64,000 nucleotides of DNA from Owenia fusiformis (GCA_903813345.2 CAIIXF020000001.1:29574001-29638000); one strand, 5' to 3'. Positions 12,652 to 27,600 are shown, counted from the stretch's first letter. A program made the numbers and translations. Notes: generated by a model from the sequence alone, not told the origin.

Positions 12652-15600
12652 TAACTTGAATACTTTTTAATGTACATTTCATATTAGATAGGTTTACAAA
12701 TGTATGTAAGATGTCTATTTGTTTTTTCAAAATTCCTGACATTCTTTTAATTATCGATATTTGACATTTTCTCGACTAACAATGGGTAGAATGTATGCGT
12801 GAGATGAAAGACAAAAGACAGTCTACATGGCAGCAGCTCTTTTCAAAATATCATTTTAATTCAAAATAGCCATCGATGTCTTTAGATTAAAAGTTTTGGG
12901 CTGTAACTTGATTTATGCTTGACAGATTCAGTTCGTATTTGCAATGATTGTGCTTTTTAAGTCTAGGATATTGCCTTGACAGTTTTATCAAAACTGCTGA
13001 TTTTAAGTGACTGCCGATTCTGGTTATAATGAGAATACTCCTTTATGGATTTGGTTCTTATTTGAAATATTTTTTTCACTTTGTTATGATTGTAATTCTT
13101 TACAGACAAGAGATACTTCTACGGTATTTCTAGCATGGTCTATTCAGAATGATGAAAACATATTTAGTTTAGTTGGATTTGCATCTCAGATGATGAGTTG
13201 TCATTTTTCCCAGTGATAAACCTGGTGATCATATACTTTTAGTAAGAGAAAGAACAATTCCTGGGTTTATGGTGACATACAGATCAGCTTAAATATTATC
13301 CAATTCCAAATAATTGCTTCTCCTTTCGCTTCAACTGAACAAAAATACCAATGTGTATTGGATAAAAATCAGTGTTTACAATGGGATGATAAATGGGACA
13401 ATTCATAATTCTTATGAACACAATTATGCTTTGATAAGAGAGGCAATAGAAAATTTTACCATTATCATGCTCAGACTACAATGTAACATTATTAATATCA
13501 TACAGTATATTAATATAAGGTGCTGTCCATCCATAAGTTTATTAAGGGATCTATCAAAAAATGTTCTAAGCCTGAAGTTTACCCTTATGCAGCTACTGAT
13601 AATGGACTGGGCAGGCACCATATAAATTTAACACGAAAATATATTGAGCAAGATATAGTTGAATTGAATTCAATAACTGTCCCAGTCAGATTATTGCGAC
13701 CACCCAGTCCATTATTTATAGCTGTATATAAGGGTGAACTAAGCTGTGTTAAGTGAATGGCAAGGAAAGCATATTTTGGGATATTTTCAGGATATGATAA
13801 TTAGTAATATGTATGAGAGTAAAAAGATTTGAGCCAATGCTTGCACCTCAGATATAATATTACATATTTTATTGACATTACATTCCTATATTCTATCTGA
13901 AGGTGACACTTCAGGGATTTTGATCTAATTTCAACAGATGTGGAACTTGGCTTAGCCTCTCCAATAAATGTGATAAATGTATCAATTCATTAGTGCAATT
14001 ACCCTATGTACAATTTTGCTGAATTTTTCAGAAAACATTTGTTATATCTGTAGCTTCAGCTACTGAACATTTGAAGACCCTTCTAGATGCTAATAAAAAG
14101 TTATAAAAACTTAACAAGGGGGGGGAGTCATTTTGACTTAGGGCTTCTAGGGTTAAACAGAAAGATACTTCATAAGGTTCCCAAAGTAGAAAATCAATGT
14201 TTTCCAAAATCAAGTTGTCACTTTTACCGCCTCCCCAAACGTTAACAATTATGTTTTCCACGACTGTTCATGATTTGGATCAACCCCTGTTGTTGTGCAA
14301 TAATTATATTATTGTAAGCTAATATGATGGATGACAAATCCCAATTTGGGAATAAACGAATTACTGTGCTTCAAAACAACAAAATATATAATGTGCAATA
14401 ATGCACTAGTCACAACCCTCCTTTACATAAATAAATGTAAATATGACTGGATGTGCAGTCAATATGTTAACTAATTAAAGATTTTTGTTTTTACTGTATA
14501 TAAAAGTTATAAGAAACATGTATTTCATGTTTTATATGCAAAAGAACTCCAGCATTTTCATATCAGCTTAGGTCTTTTTCTAACTTTCGAAAAAATTCTA
14601 ATCACAGTATAGATAAATGTTATAGAAATAAAGTTGAAAATGCTCATATATATTGTACCTACAAAAGGTTTATACCATCACAAGACTGGGGGAATATACT
14701 GTGAGAAGGGAAAGAGAGACTTCATGCAATACTATTGGGAATTCAGTAATTTAAAGCTGAAAACAAGTCTGTTTGATCCATGTGCATCAGTCTCTATTGA
14801 TTTACTGCATATTTTAATCTGCATTCAACCAATACTTCAGTAGCTTTGTACTAATCAAGTCAACTAGGATGGAAGATAAATCTTAATACCTGGTAGACAA
14901 CTAAACTAAACGGAAATAAGACATGACAGTCAATCTCTTTCCGAAAACAAAATCCTCAACTATAGATGATAATCAATGACCTTTGGACATATTTTCCCTT
15001 TCCAGTGTCCGTATAAGATATACTTGAATATTGAGTTAATTCAAAATGGAGTATACCACAGGGATCGTTTTTGCAAAACACTGATTATAGTCAGTGCCAT
15101 CTTTTAAGATCTGATATGACCTTTAATTCATTTTTCTTCATTAGGTCATTAAGGGCCTGAGAAACAGTTAATTATATTTATTTATAGTCCACATATTATT
15201 GGTAAGTACTTCGAAATAGAGCATCAAACATGAACATTTTCCTTCATTTTTTGAAGCAGAATATCTTGCAGCGCAAATAAATGATAACATAGATCAATAA
15301 TTCAGGGACTATCTATAAAATCCAGATATCTGAGATATTATCAATAAGATCTTTATGGACAGTTGAAAGTATTCTCTCCTGGCGATAGCCAATTTTTTGA
15401 ATTGTCCTTGTGCTGCTGAGAGTTTAAGGGAAAGTTATTAAATGTTTTGGTCTAGTTTCATCAAATATTAGTTGTCCAATATAAATAGTCCAAAATAACT
15501 AGAAACACACCTAATGAAAGAATAAATCTGTAAACTGAAGAGAAATTCTGTTCAAAACATTGTAATTTTAAGGGAGAAAATCTATATTTTAACTTAATGT

Positions 15601-16525
15601 CATAGGATTTCTTGAGCACTTATCTGTAGCACTAAGGTCATCGTTATCAGTCATCTCTTCAATTCTAAGAAACAATTTTGAATTCCCAAGGTAAGGTTTT
15701 ATGTGTTGATCAGCATCATTCAGGCTTGTTTGTCATTTATTTGACACGCTTGTGGAACTTTCCCCGTCATTTCATCAATCTTTCAATTCACACAAAATTA
15801 TTTAATTTCCCATGAAGCCATTCTTGAGAACAAGTTTAATTAAATATGGTTTTTGTAACATTTATTACAAAATCATAATGACATCACAAAATTCGTTTTG
15901 GAGAATGGATAATGGTACATGTATTACATTATGTTTCAATGAAAAACTATTTCTTATTTAATTTCAGAATGTAGTTTTATCTCTACTTCTACTCTGAGAT
16001 TTAACATATGGTTTATTATATGGCCTTTGAGTTATGTAATTTCCTTATAAGCTTTAGCAGAAGATATAATAAAGATAACTTTTAAGCCTATTTTATGCAA
16101 TAATAGCATCAAAAGTGATGGTCTAGTCGAGACAAATTTTTGTGGCACTTCATTAGGCCTAATAAATTATGAATATTCACAAAACCATATTTTATAAATC
16201 ATTCTTTACTTCAATTTTGTCCAGAGCAATAATCTGGTCCACATTTTAGCTAGTGAGGTCTAAGCCTCAGAAAGCCTTAAAATGTTACACCAAATTATTC
16301 CTCCACCTTCCGGGTGACATTGTTCTCGAAACATGACCTTGACCTTCTGTGATTTCTATTGTGTTGACCTCTATGATCCTGGCATTGATGTGAATGACCT
16401 CTATGAGGCTGACTGATGATGACTACTGATTTAAGTATGTTAATTAGCACAGTATCTTGAGTTGACTTAAATATGACTTATATTAAGTTGACTGATATTT
16501 TGCCAAGCTTCCATATGGGAACCTG

Positions 16526-16896
16526 TACCCTGCGTGCAGAGTCTAGTTAAACTACACTCTGCCTAGTAGAGACCATATTACAGTTTAATAGCCCCACCCC
16601 CTCGACGGGTACCGGTGACAGTTTGGGTAAAACACTTTTGACCTATGCGCTGCCCTTCCACCAATCAGCGAGCTTCAAGAAACATACGCCAAATGCGTTC
16701 TAATTAAATATTCGCATGGCATTGGTCAATTCCGGGCTCAATGATGACGTCAGAAGGAATGACCATATAAAGAACGTCGGTCAAATTTGGCCGACGAAAA
16801 CTGATTGGCGCGGTGAGTTCACAGGTTTATTTTAGTTTGAAAGAGTGAAGACGAAGCTCTCTTTTAAGAAGTGAAGTCAAACGAATGCAAAGGGTA
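16526..16896 (+). mobile_element. Non-autonomous DNA element with TACCCT...AGGGTA ends and a 9-bp TSD (copy 1)
   Basis: GGGAACCTG lies at 16517-16525 and 16897-16905. A highly similar inverted copy is at 54656-55004. Strand is given only relative to the other copies. Confidence 0.85.
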
Positions 16897-17527
16897 GGGA
16901 ACCTGGGACTCGTGGCTTCCAATAGAAGATTCAGATCTATTTCACATATTGGAATAACAATGTCACTGTCACAAAGTAGCATTGTGATGGTATGAAATAA
17001 GTCAATTCAAATTACAAGCAATCATTCAGCACCCAGGATCATAACTGTATAAAAAGTTATCTGATGTCCAATCATTTTGTTTTTGTGAATCAGCATTTTG
17101 TTATTTAAGCCATCTGATGCAACATAGGCGCCACATAACTAAATGTCAGCCTTTCTAAGGGGAAGTCTTTGGAGACGTTTGCAAGTCCAACTAATAGCAT
17201 ACTATTGCTTAAAACACAACATTGATTAATCCGATCTATTCTAAGTTAATGCCTAATATGAGGAAACACTACAGCGAAGGGAGTGCCTTGACCCGTAGGG
17301 ATCTTTAAGGTTTAAAGTATTGTCCACAAGAGATTCCCCCATTATCCATGTAACCCATTCAATAACAAGTATAATCCCTTTATGACCTTCTTATTGGCAA
17401 TTTGCTTGTTATAATCCAGACAGTTCTATTCAATGTTCATTACAGTTGTATTACAGTATTCGGATGCTTTTTAATTCTAGTTTGCCTCTCATCTGCCTTT
17501 ATGGATTCCAAATTGATCTTCTACTGC

Positions 17528-17609
17528 TAGTCTTGGTTCAAGACCCTGGACTATCTCATCTCACAACTGGTTGTTAGAGTAGATAGTCTAGGGTCTTGAA
17601 GCAAGACTA
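17528..17609. mobile_element. 82-bp hairpin mini-element (TAG...CTA ends)
   Basis: TAGTCTTGGTTCAAGACCCTGGACTATCT pairs with AGATAGTCTAGGGTCTTGAAGCAAGACTA. Flanks TTCTACTGC/TACTACTAC match at 7/9. Confidence 0.6.
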
Positions 17610-19397
17610 TACTACTACTAGGACATCAACTTCTAAGGCTAATATGGTTTAATCGCATGTATTTGTGCATGTTAAATGTTAACTGGCCCCAATTGGACAT
17701 TTCTACACACTGACCACATTAATCCTCATTAAGAAGAAGTCAATGAGTAAAGAAATCCCTTAAAGTAATTTCAAGAATAAATCAATAATCCTAAAATTGT
17801 TTCATTCAAAATTCAATAGAGCAAGTCACGTGTGTTCAAAATAAAATGTGTATCACCGATCATTCAAGATGTTTTTGATACATGTAATACAAAGCATTTT
17901 GTGGTATTGTAAGGTCCAAAACTTTAGGCACCTGGATTGAAAGAAACATAATCACGCTGTGTTGAACATAGAAATCTCAAATGAATACTTGTAAACATGC
18001 CAATTAGGATCTGCATCAATTTAAGCATGAAGCATAATTATATTAACCACTCATATAAAAACATTGATATTCTATTTTAACAATTTTTAAAGAATTCCCT
18101 AGATGTAATATTAATATGACATGGCTAGGCTACATAATCAGATAATTGTGGCATTGTAGTCTCACATATCACTGATGACAGTTCTAAAGAACACCAGGCA
18201 TATAAATAGCAATGGGCACATGCGCTATGTATGTACTCAGTGTAACAAATACCAATGACATTTAGTCAATGGATTTTATTTAGGATCTCATTACTGAGAG
18301 TTACATTTTTCATGTCATTTTTCACTATAATTCAATGAATTTCCCTGTAATCAAAATGGAGTCAGCTGAGAATATGCTAGAACATTTCCTTCATAAAATC
18401 ATGAATCAACGATTTATTTCTTGTATACAGTGTAGGCTCAAAATTAGTAGACAGAGAGTGGAGATAAAATTTGTTTTGCAAAGGTTTGTATTATTTCCAA
18501 CAATAACATATAAATAAACATATTACAAATCTGTATAACAATAAAAAAAATGGCAACTCTGTAGAGTAGCAAATCCCAAGCAATGTTTCCACATTTAGGT
18601 GGTCATTTCGAAGATCCACAGAGCACATACACATAAAAGGTTCTACATTTGAAAGGTCATTAAAAGAGGTTTTCGCAGACAGATGATTATATCTTAGATT
18701 ATGAATATTTTCTGATCACCAAGACAGGTGTATCTTTTAGATCCATCCATTATCACTTAGAAAAGTATTATGTGATGATAATTAAGTGAATCAGACAAAG
18801 TGATTTTAAAGGGCAAATGAACACATCAACAAACTTTTTCAAAAATGTTGTCCTAATTTTCACTGAAATGCAACATTTAATTAATGGATAATTAGATTGC
18901 GCTTTGAGATGATGTGCTTTGAGACATATTTAATCTCCCAAAAGGAAAAGATTAGATACTTGATTTGGATGGCCAAAATGAGCTGAAACCAATAGATAAC
19001 ATGAATTTTCTCTATGGGGAAATAACACGAGGAACACTAATCTTTAGAGCAATGCAGTTTTCTTTTCAAGAAATAGGGGCCTAATTGATAAATTATGATA
19101 AAGAATGGTAATGCATTAAACATTGCAAAAAAGTCTTTCAAAAAGTATGTTGATGGGTTGATTGCACCCATGATATCACCGAGTCCAGTCGTTTTAATTA
19201 TCATTGTATATACTTTTCTTAGAGAAAATGAATGGATCTAAAAGACATGCCTTTCTTCATGGTCAGAAAATAGTCATAATCCAAGACATAACCATCTGAA
19301 ATTGTGTGCAATAACCTTTGTGGCCTTTTGCTTAAGTTTAAATCTAAAAAATGATAAAGTGTTTGTAATCTAAACTGAAATAGACTAAAAATGTTAA

Positions 19398-19949
19398 AGG
19401 GTGACGGATATCGTTTAGCAAATCGAACGCCCGTTTCTGGTGTTGCTCACCATTTAGTATAAAAGGCCCGATCCCGGAAAATACTCAAGGGTTCACAGGC
19501 TCGAGATCGTTGTGTCAACATATGTAACTGTTATATAGCATTAGTATAGTATAGATCGTCTCACATTTATAAAAGTGAGATTTTTATTTTGACAAATCAA
19601 TTTCACATTTATGGGTGAAGTTTCAGGATCCTCTATTTGTGTATAATAAGGAAAAATGACATCTAAATTTCCCCATAACATATTAGTACACAGCATATGA
19701 AATATCCTCCAAATGAAACAGCAGTTCTGATACAAGGATTTATATTGGCTGTTGTACATGTATATTCTTTGAACAATCACTCTCTCAATATTGTTTTCAG
19801 AATCATTATAAACGGATTACTTCATCTCCAAGACAATTTCAATTACTTGGAATTTACAAAACTCCCCTTATTTATTCAAAATGGACTGATCCAGTTGACT
19901 TTTCTGGAGCCACCATATTTTTTTTATACGGGAAGCTTATCGTAACGCT
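19398..19949. mobile_element. Kolobok-type non-autonomous element with TTAA TSD
   Basis: TTAA|AGGGTGACGGATA ... TATCGTAACGCT|TTAA; 552 bp; short imperfect TIR. Confidence 0.55.
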
Positions 19950-20053
19950 TTAAATAGATATTTTTCCAAAAAGGTAATACTAGACCTGGTATGCTACCAA
20001 AATTCATACAAAATAATGTGTGACTACTGAAATATATCCACTGATATTTAAGT

Positions 20054-20444
20054 TACTGTACTCAGGGTATTGTTCACTTGCAATTTAATTTCGCTTTGTT
20101 CGCAAATGTAGTAAAATCGCGAACAATTATTGTCACAAGATTTGGCTTTGAATCCCCAGGGATTTGACCCGGGAATTTTGATATGTTTCGTTCGGTGTAA
20201 AACGTTCCGTATGTTAACATGGGGTATTGTTCAATTTTATATCAACAATTTATGTACTTGGTAAGTTCATGCATATGTAAAAAGGCATGTAAGTATATTA
20301 ATATTACCATATTATCAATATGGAGTTTACAGAGCTGGAGGAAAAAATTCAACTTGTGCAATCCGCCAAATGTCATCAACTCAAATCCGCGAAATTAAAT
20401 AGCCGCGAAATTTTAAAGCGTTGAAATTTACCACGAGTACAGTA
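20054..20444. mobile_element. MITE with TACTGTACTC...GAGTACAGTA ends
   Basis: Terminal inverted repeat plus internal TTTCGC/CGCGAAA repeats. Confidence 0.65.
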
Positions 20445-21630
20445 TTGTCCTGAAGGATAGAGGTTAACTTAAAACGAACCTTATGACCAAGACACTGCCT
20501 GACAGAGAGCTTTACCTGTTCACTATATCCCATCAGTTCATTGGGATAATAAATACAACTTTGTGACGTTAATAGTTAACAACTTTAATACACAACAAAT
20601 CTCAACATGGTCCAAATATTAAAATAATAAATATACATACGTGTATTTGAATATGATAATTAACATGATAAATATAAATATTCAAATATAAAAAAGTGAA
20701 ATATAGTACAGTATTTACAGTTAGGGTATGACACAGAAATACCTTCATGAACATGGTATACACTTTCAATTTTAACTTGCGATACAACCTGAACTTAGAT
20801 CCCTCAATACAATAACAATAAAATAATTGTCATCATTATCTCACTACCATGTTTCTCTTCCTGTGATTGGTTGAACATATATCACATGTCCTATGACATT
20901 TCAGTGATACCATGTGACGTTACATTTCATTGGTAGATAAGTGAGCCTCTTTTTGAAGGATGAATCTTTCTTACACTTCTTTTTACATTCCTTTTCCAGA
21001 ATGAATCCCTCTAATATGAATATAAATAAGTCTCATTTGAAGAGCAAATATTTCCTCCTTTTCATTTTTAATATCCCTTATCCCTTGTTACAGAATGAGA
21101 AACATAACAGTGAATAAAAAACAAATACTTCATTCTATTTTCAGGGAAAACCTGTGCCACTTTCGAGAATAATTTAATTGTGAAATTTCATATTGGTATT
21201 TCTCTTAACAAAACAAAATATTTGTGTATTTTGTACAGTATACATTGTACATAGAATATCAGGTCATTTTGAGAGATATCAATTTTGCGGAGTTGATATC
21301 AAATATCATTAGCTTTTCACAAGTAATCTAGTGGTATTGTTTTACATAGCTCTTATCAAAAAGGCAATGTCTGTATTTAAATCATCCAAAATCACTAAAA
21401 TTCATCTTTAGTTTGTACTTTAGAGAATTGAGTATGAACTTACTTTTTTCAAAAATAATTGTCAATACAAAATGTATATACAATGTACACCAAAGAAAAC
21501 AGTATGAAGCACAATCAAAATACCACACATGACTTGAAGTAAAATTATCATATCTCCAAAATGGTGCTTTTTTCTCAGTAAGTCATGTACCCAATGGTAA
21601 GTGATGTTGTGTGTTTGTTTATCAGCATAT

Positions 21631-24600
21631 TCACCTTTTGAAAGGTATTTGGAAGTTTTTGTGCAGTGGACCTGGTCTTGAGTTTTTGGAGAGGCCAAGT
21701 CTGATAGATCGAGGACACGTCTTCAGAGGGGTGACATTATTCAGTGACTCTGGAGCACCTGCAAATACAAACAATCAGTGTTTGCATATATTAGTCTATA
21801 TCTTAGTGATACCACAATGACAATACTATTAGTTATTGAATGATTTGAAGCGCAATACAGGATATATTCTGCTCAAGAATATCGAGACAGAATATATCCT
21901 GTATTGCACTTCAAATCATTCAATAACATTTTTATCGTGTGATCCTCTGTATTGCTACTGAGATTGTCCCCTTCGTACCAACGGGGACAATCTCAGTAGC
22001 AATACAGATTGGTACAGCACAAGAACTGACCAATCAGAGGGCTTCATTTTACAGATCATACGATAAGTTCAGATGTTACGTTACACAACATATGATACAC
22101 TTTCGAATTTTAACAAGATATTATCATCCAAAATGTCACCACTTGTCATTTCAGGGGCGTAGCCAGCTTTTAGTCGGGGGAGGGGGGGGGGTTATCGCCA
22201 AAAACATTCGATTTCAGTCATGGGGGTGTGATTTCTTTTTACAAAAATTGATGTAACTTCCTTCAAACTTGAGCTAGAAGCTTCAAATGAAAAGCATTTT
22301 AAAGCTCTTTTCTTCCTCTATCTAATGGTTATATCTGTATTGCTTATGGGAGGGGGTGCGCCTATGCATTTGTTACAGAACATCAACTGAATAATACTGT
22401 CCACAAAAAGGTTGGAGACTATAACAGTATGTCAGCACTTCTGGTGGTGACATAATAAAAGCTATCATTCATTAAAAACAATGCAAAATAGAATGAAATC
22501 TGTGTAGTCTAGGGGCAAGGGGGGGGGGGGGCACAAGGGTTTGTAGCTAGACTTGAATCTATGTTTAAATAAATAAAGAATCCATGAAACATTAATACAT
22601 TTAAAATTATAGCAACAGTGCATGTTTTAGGATAATTCAATGCAAATATTAAAAGTGTGTGGTCCAACTGAAGATGCTACTTGATATCAGAGACTGTTGA
22701 TATATAGATGACCTGCAATACAATATTCGATCCACATCAAACAATTCAATATTAGATAATTAGACCCCCGATAGTGTTTTATTTGACGCTTCCTTTCTCT
22801 TAGGTGATGTGACTAACTCAATAAGAGCTTTCAGTTGGAAGTGGAGATTCATATAAAGGCTATTACTTATGCATTAATTCCAAGATGTTTTCCTTTGACA
22901 AGCCTGACAGCCCTGAGGAATAAAATTAATGTTATTGGAATGGTATTGATACTTAAACTGTTGTTGGTATTAGTACAAATAGAACTTCAAGTTTTATTAC
23001 ATTATGTAGCGAAACACCCACTCAGAATATGGGTCTACATGTACAATCTGCTAGTAAGTGACCATAATATGATTATATATCACTTCAATAACAAGCCTGT
23101 AATGATCTACTTGATGCAATATTCAACATCATGAAAGACAATTTGAGCAGAAATTATTAATTAACACATGATCTTGCACCTCAGTAAGTGAAAATTACCC
23201 AGTCTATGATTGGCTCGCACACTGCCCTCTGAATAAGAGCAATATTCTTAAGTTTGGAATTTAACCAATCAAGAGCATTTCATACCCACAATAATGTTGG
23301 CTTCTCCAAACATATACAGAAATTGCAGAGGCTATGCAAAGCCAATGTTCTGATTGGCTTATAGAAATTTATTGCCAATTAAGAGTATGACACAAAGTAA
23401 GTAGATGACTCTTGTGAAGAGTACTAATAAGAGGTTGTCAGTCATGAACTAAAATATAATTGAAGTAGAGAGAATAACGTGATACTGACCAATATACTAT
23501 GATGATGCTTAAAAGGTATAATGAAATTTGAGCTCATAATTTCCTGTAGACTTGCAATAAGTCTTATAATTAAATACTAAAGTTGAATGGAAACTGTATA
23601 CAGCACTTAGCTGTGTGCAATTTTCACTTATAAGAATTCACTTACATTTACATCGACGATGTAACATTCTAAGAATTGCATCACAGATCTAAATACTTCA
23701 TTCTGATTGATCAAACGGAGGTATATAACTTATACAGGTTACCTATGAAGAATTAAATAGCCTACTGTTTTCATTGAATCAACTTTCATTTTACTGTTGA
23801 CCTTGACCCCTAAGTTCAGTCAATCTTTGGTGAGGTGAGGTAAACAATTTTTATTGATAGTATATAAAAGTAATAATAAAAATAATGACAATAATTTAAA
23901 GGTAACATATGGAATTTATGAACTCCTCTTTTGAGAGCCCTTCAAAAGCAACATATGCCATAATTTATAATGGTATTGGTCTGTTGGTGGTTATTTTGTT
24001 ATCTTGATTCTCAAGGTTTTATAGCCGCTTGAAATTCGAAGATTGTAATACTGTAAGAAAGGTCAGTACAGTCTCCAGGGAATGAGGTAGTTCTACTGTA
24101 TGCATCCCTTCTGGAATCTAAAAAAATTTTTGAAGAAATTAATAACAAAATACCATGCTTCATCTGGATGACAATCTGGGACTCTCGAATTTCACAAATT
24201 AAATTACTCAGAAATGCTCAGATTGCACTAAAAAGCATTTTCAAGAGATACTAGACCATCTCGATGTGGCAAGCTACCTTTTTTGATGGGAAATTTTGAA
24301 AAACACATAAACTATTACAAAAACAGCTTAGCAAGCCTGTAGATCAATATGATCTGAGATGCAAGTATGACCATGAATATGAAAAAGTCCAAGCATAATG
24401 TCATCACAAATAATAGTTCAACTTTCTGTTTCTTTACTCGACCCCAATGCCATCTTTTAAAATGTAAGAGAGTAATACACACAAGTTGTGAGTAGCAAAT
24501 TGAATGGCATACCAAGGCAGAATGATGGTTAGCTTACATTATGGGATTAAATTAGTCAACATTAGTTTACTTACACGAAGAGCCAGGAACAACTCTATCT

Positions 24601-27600
24601 GTAGTAGATGAAGGTGGGTGTCTCCAGTGGAAGGCACTCGCAACAGACTTCACCTGGTCAACATCAGCTGAAATAAAGTTGACATGACACAGTCTATATT
24701 GACCAGAGGGAATCAATGGGATAACTGTATTATTCCGGAGGGTGTTGTTATGAAAGGTATAGTGTGTCAGTATTCACTTTACCCTATCATGCAAAGATAA
24801 TGTCTTCCAGTCCAAAGATCAGACCGAATTTGATTACTTTTCTCTTGTGATACATTTTTCTAGACTAATGGCTTTGATTTTGGTATATCACCTAAAGGTT
24901 AAATCTTTGCAAACACTTTCAACATTATCAAGTGAGTAAACTAGCCCATCGTCTATCAGGAAAGCGATTAAACTCACTCAGCGCACGTCTAGGGTTAAAA
25001 ATAAAAATTATGTTTTGTAGCATTGAGATTTGGTTCAGTCAGTTGATATTATTTATTAGGGAATGTTTAGTAATTTTTGTTTTCCTCAAATATTGTCCCT
25101 TGTGTTTTCTAACCTGCCTCCTCTATGCTACCCTGACTGTCATGTTCATCTACTGTCTGGCATTGACTTCCTCCTTTATCATCCATCAAGTCTGCATCAC
25201 ATGCATACACCTTCCCTCCTACAAATGATAGACAAACAATAGTAAATGAGCAATGTACACCTAGATACTCCAACCTTAAAATGTCATCCATGGCTACTAC
25301 CACAATTCATTTCAGTACACTTTTCACATGCAAGAACACAAACCATCAAACCAGAGCAGGACAGAGCCAACAGCCTCAGGCCAACCTCAGGCTATACATA
25401 TTGAACATTTTACAGGTAGATAACAAAATGAAGGGCTAACTAAAAGCAATAAATCTTATATTTGTAGACTACCAATACCTCATACATTATCTTGATAGAC
25501 GAACCCAATATATAAATAAAAGAACTGAGCTTACTTCTCCACACTCAAGATGAATTTTCTTTACTTTGGGCCTAAAAATACCCTCATTGGCACTTATTTC
25601 CAATACCTCATTGATGGTGGTGACATAAAATGATCCTCAAATTTTCAAAGAGACCTTTCCATATTTTCAAATAGGGCAGAAAACTCTTTGTAATCTAAAT
25701 TAAATAAATACCATTTAATTCTCCATAGAAAGACTCCTCATGATTAAAGCTGATGTCATCTTGAAGGAGGGTATGCTGCTCTACAGTGGTGTCATCTTGG
25801 GACTGTGCAATGTTAACAAATCCAGGTACCTGCAGGTATATAGGTGCTCATATTACTTGGGCATACTTCTGCTTTATACATATACGTACAGGGGTTTGGT
25901 TTCTTTTCCTCGGTGATCATTTTGTACACAAGACTTGAAACATCACTAAATATAGTACATTTTTGGATACTCACATGTTTATTAAAAACAGAAACATTAT
26001 GTTCTAATTCTCCCCTGTTTCAATCAATTTGTCAATATGAAATCAGAGTCCTATTGTTATCAAGAAAGTCTAAAATTGTATTGTACATGATGTATTGTTT
26101 CTGTAAACTTTCTGTGTCACCCTTTGTGAAGGCCAATAGAGAAAAAGATACAATTATAAAATCCAGACTTTATTTCTTACCTGTTGATCCTTTGGCCCCA
26201 ACTCTGTTAATTCTGGCGTCGTAGAATAATCATCTTCTATGGCTCTGACCTTGGGTGGAATTACTTCATCTTCAGTATCATCATAAGTTGTTTTCCTTTT
26301 CAGGTTCATCTCATGAATGAACTCACTGCCTTTAGATTGTTCACTATGTTTATTGTTAATATCACTGGCTGAAGGATTCTCATCAATGCTCCCCTGTGAC
26401 AGTCTTTCAGACAGTACATGTGAAGCTGTTTGAAACTGAACTGTTGTTAATTCGACTCCCTCATCATCTGCATCATCACAAGGAACATTCATATCAGTTC
26501 CTGGATCAAGGACATCACTGGAACTAGAGCTACTAAGAGATCCAATAATTGGTGAATAGCTGATTTCTTCATCATTTATATGATAGGGAGATCCTGTATT
26601 TGGTTCAGCATTAAATCTATTGGCAAAGTCAGAATTGGAGTCTGTTGGATTTAACTCCTGCTCAGTTTGATAGATGGTACTGTGATCATTCTCATCATCT
26701 CTACATAGTACAAACTTCTTGTGACCGGATTCAATGTTATCTTGCTCATCACTACATTCATTACTTTTCTGAGCATAATCAGGATGGTCTGCAGTGAGCT
26801 TTTCTAAACATGTTTCTATAGGGTCCATATGGTATGGAACATCTTCAGATATCAATGTGATCAGCATTGCTCGTATAGTTTGACTGATAGAAACACTATC
26901 GATAATGGGAGACGCCTTTTCCTGACTCATCTCTTTGATGTTGTCATCTTTGGGGAGCTCTATGAACATAGGACACACTGCACAATTTCTAGGAAAATCA
27001 AGTTTACGTTTTACACCCTTATGGTTTGCGATTTCAGAATCTGCACCTTGACTGATTGAATTTGGCTCATAATCTCCAGTATAAGGGCCATCCATCTGCT
27101 GATTTGTTGTATTAATATCACTTATATGGATATTGTTCTCATATTGGGCAACTGTAGTCTCCATGTAATTCCTTGCAGAGGCTATCAATTCTTTAACTTT
27201 GTTTTCTTCATTCTCTGAAGCCTTGTTTTCTTTCTCAGTTGAAATTATGTTTTTAACTTCATTTGGAGTGGTTATGGCTTCCCCTTGATGCCTCTTAGGT
27301 GCCATTAGATCCAGAACTTCATTAATATTTACTTGATACTCCGTAGTTGCAGTAGTACCCTCGAATTCTTTTTCATTGTTTACTGCAGTTATAGCTTCTC
27401 CTTGATCTTTCTCAGATGCTACTAAGTTTTCAACTTTATCTTTATTATTCGGAATAGAAATATTTTCTTCTTGATTTTTCTCAGAAACTTTTATACTTTT
27501 ATCAATTTCCTTTTCATTGTTTGCTGAGGCCAAAGCTTTGTCTTGATCTTTCGCAGATGCTATTTTATTTCCAGTCTCATTTTCATTGTTTGCTGTTATA

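Noticed and set aside
12258-20787. Numerous 60-100-aa ORFs between FAM110 and the RAD51AP2-like gene (and in CYRI introns)
   Set aside because: AT-rich, F/I/L-biased chance ORFs, often with non-ATG starts; no motifs or consistent exon chains.
25535-25571. 37-nt AG/GT-bounded candidate micro-exon on the minus strand
   Set aside because: It breaks frame and introduces an immediate stop; there is no support beyond splice dinucleotides (a poison exon cannot be excluded).
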